From the NCBI RefSeq assembly GCF_001194135.2, contig NC_068988.1:92961280-93009391 (forward strand): a DNA stretch of 48,112 bases, read 5' to 3'. Positions within the stretch are counted from its first letter, which is position 1; each line of letters begins with the position of its first letter. The notes beneath the pieces are model-generated. The model made no database searches. It had not been told where the DNA came from and saw nothing but the letters and a program-made list of their open reading frames with translations. Source of the stretch: Octopus bimaculoides. Taxonomy: Eukaryota. Below are positions 47,940 to 48,112 of the stretch, one piece after another. Position numbers and translations under genes: made by a program.

Positions 47940-48112
47940 AGCGATATATACATATATACACACATGTATATATATATATACATATATATACACATGTATA
48001 TATATATATACATATATATACACATGTATATATATATATACATATATATACACATGTATATATATATATACATATATATACACATGTATATATATATATA
48101 TACATATATATA
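47940..48112. repeat. About 30-bp TA-rich minisatellite
   Basis: Unit acatatatatacacatgtatatatatatat; the translation period of 10 aa ([10 protein letters not shown]) reflects the 30-nt unit. Confidence 0.85.

Overview
AT-rich, microsatellite- and retroposon-dense animal genomic DNA with seven N-gaps. The repeat families and (AT)n/(GT)n density suggest an octopod cephalopod; this is inference, not a database result. The one securely identifiable gene is a complete minus-strand KEAP1 orthologue: five coding exons (21473-21264, 18654-17615, 15331-15126, 14268-14092, 12679-12543), all GT-AG, joining in frame to 1770 nt = 589 aa (BTB-BACK/IVR-6xKelch). Its Nrf2-binding pocket is intact, but the cysteine sensor set is rewired: no C151 equivalent or its basic neighbours, and no C622/C624 tail. 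The rest is mostly mobile DNA: tRNA-derived SINEs, RTE LINE 3' ends, a CR1-type LINE 3' end, two mariner remnants, piggyBac-like and hAT-like MITEs, and two Penelope-like GIY-YIG fragments. The most unusual signal is a ~260-bp unit made of a tRNA-like Pol III head, (AAT)n, a minimal type I hammerhead ribozyme and a short tail. It occurs three times: twice as inverted arms attached to a Penelope GIY-YIG C-terminus (441-1232), and once as a free-standing insertion with a target-site duplication (44181-44440). This makes it a candidate ribozyme-carrying SINE/retrozyme mobilised by Penelope elements. Also noted: a structurally conserved 3' stem-loop shared by the dominant SINE and the CR1-type LINE, a perfect Nrf2-type ARE far upstream of KEAP1, and weak candidate exons downstream of KEAP1.
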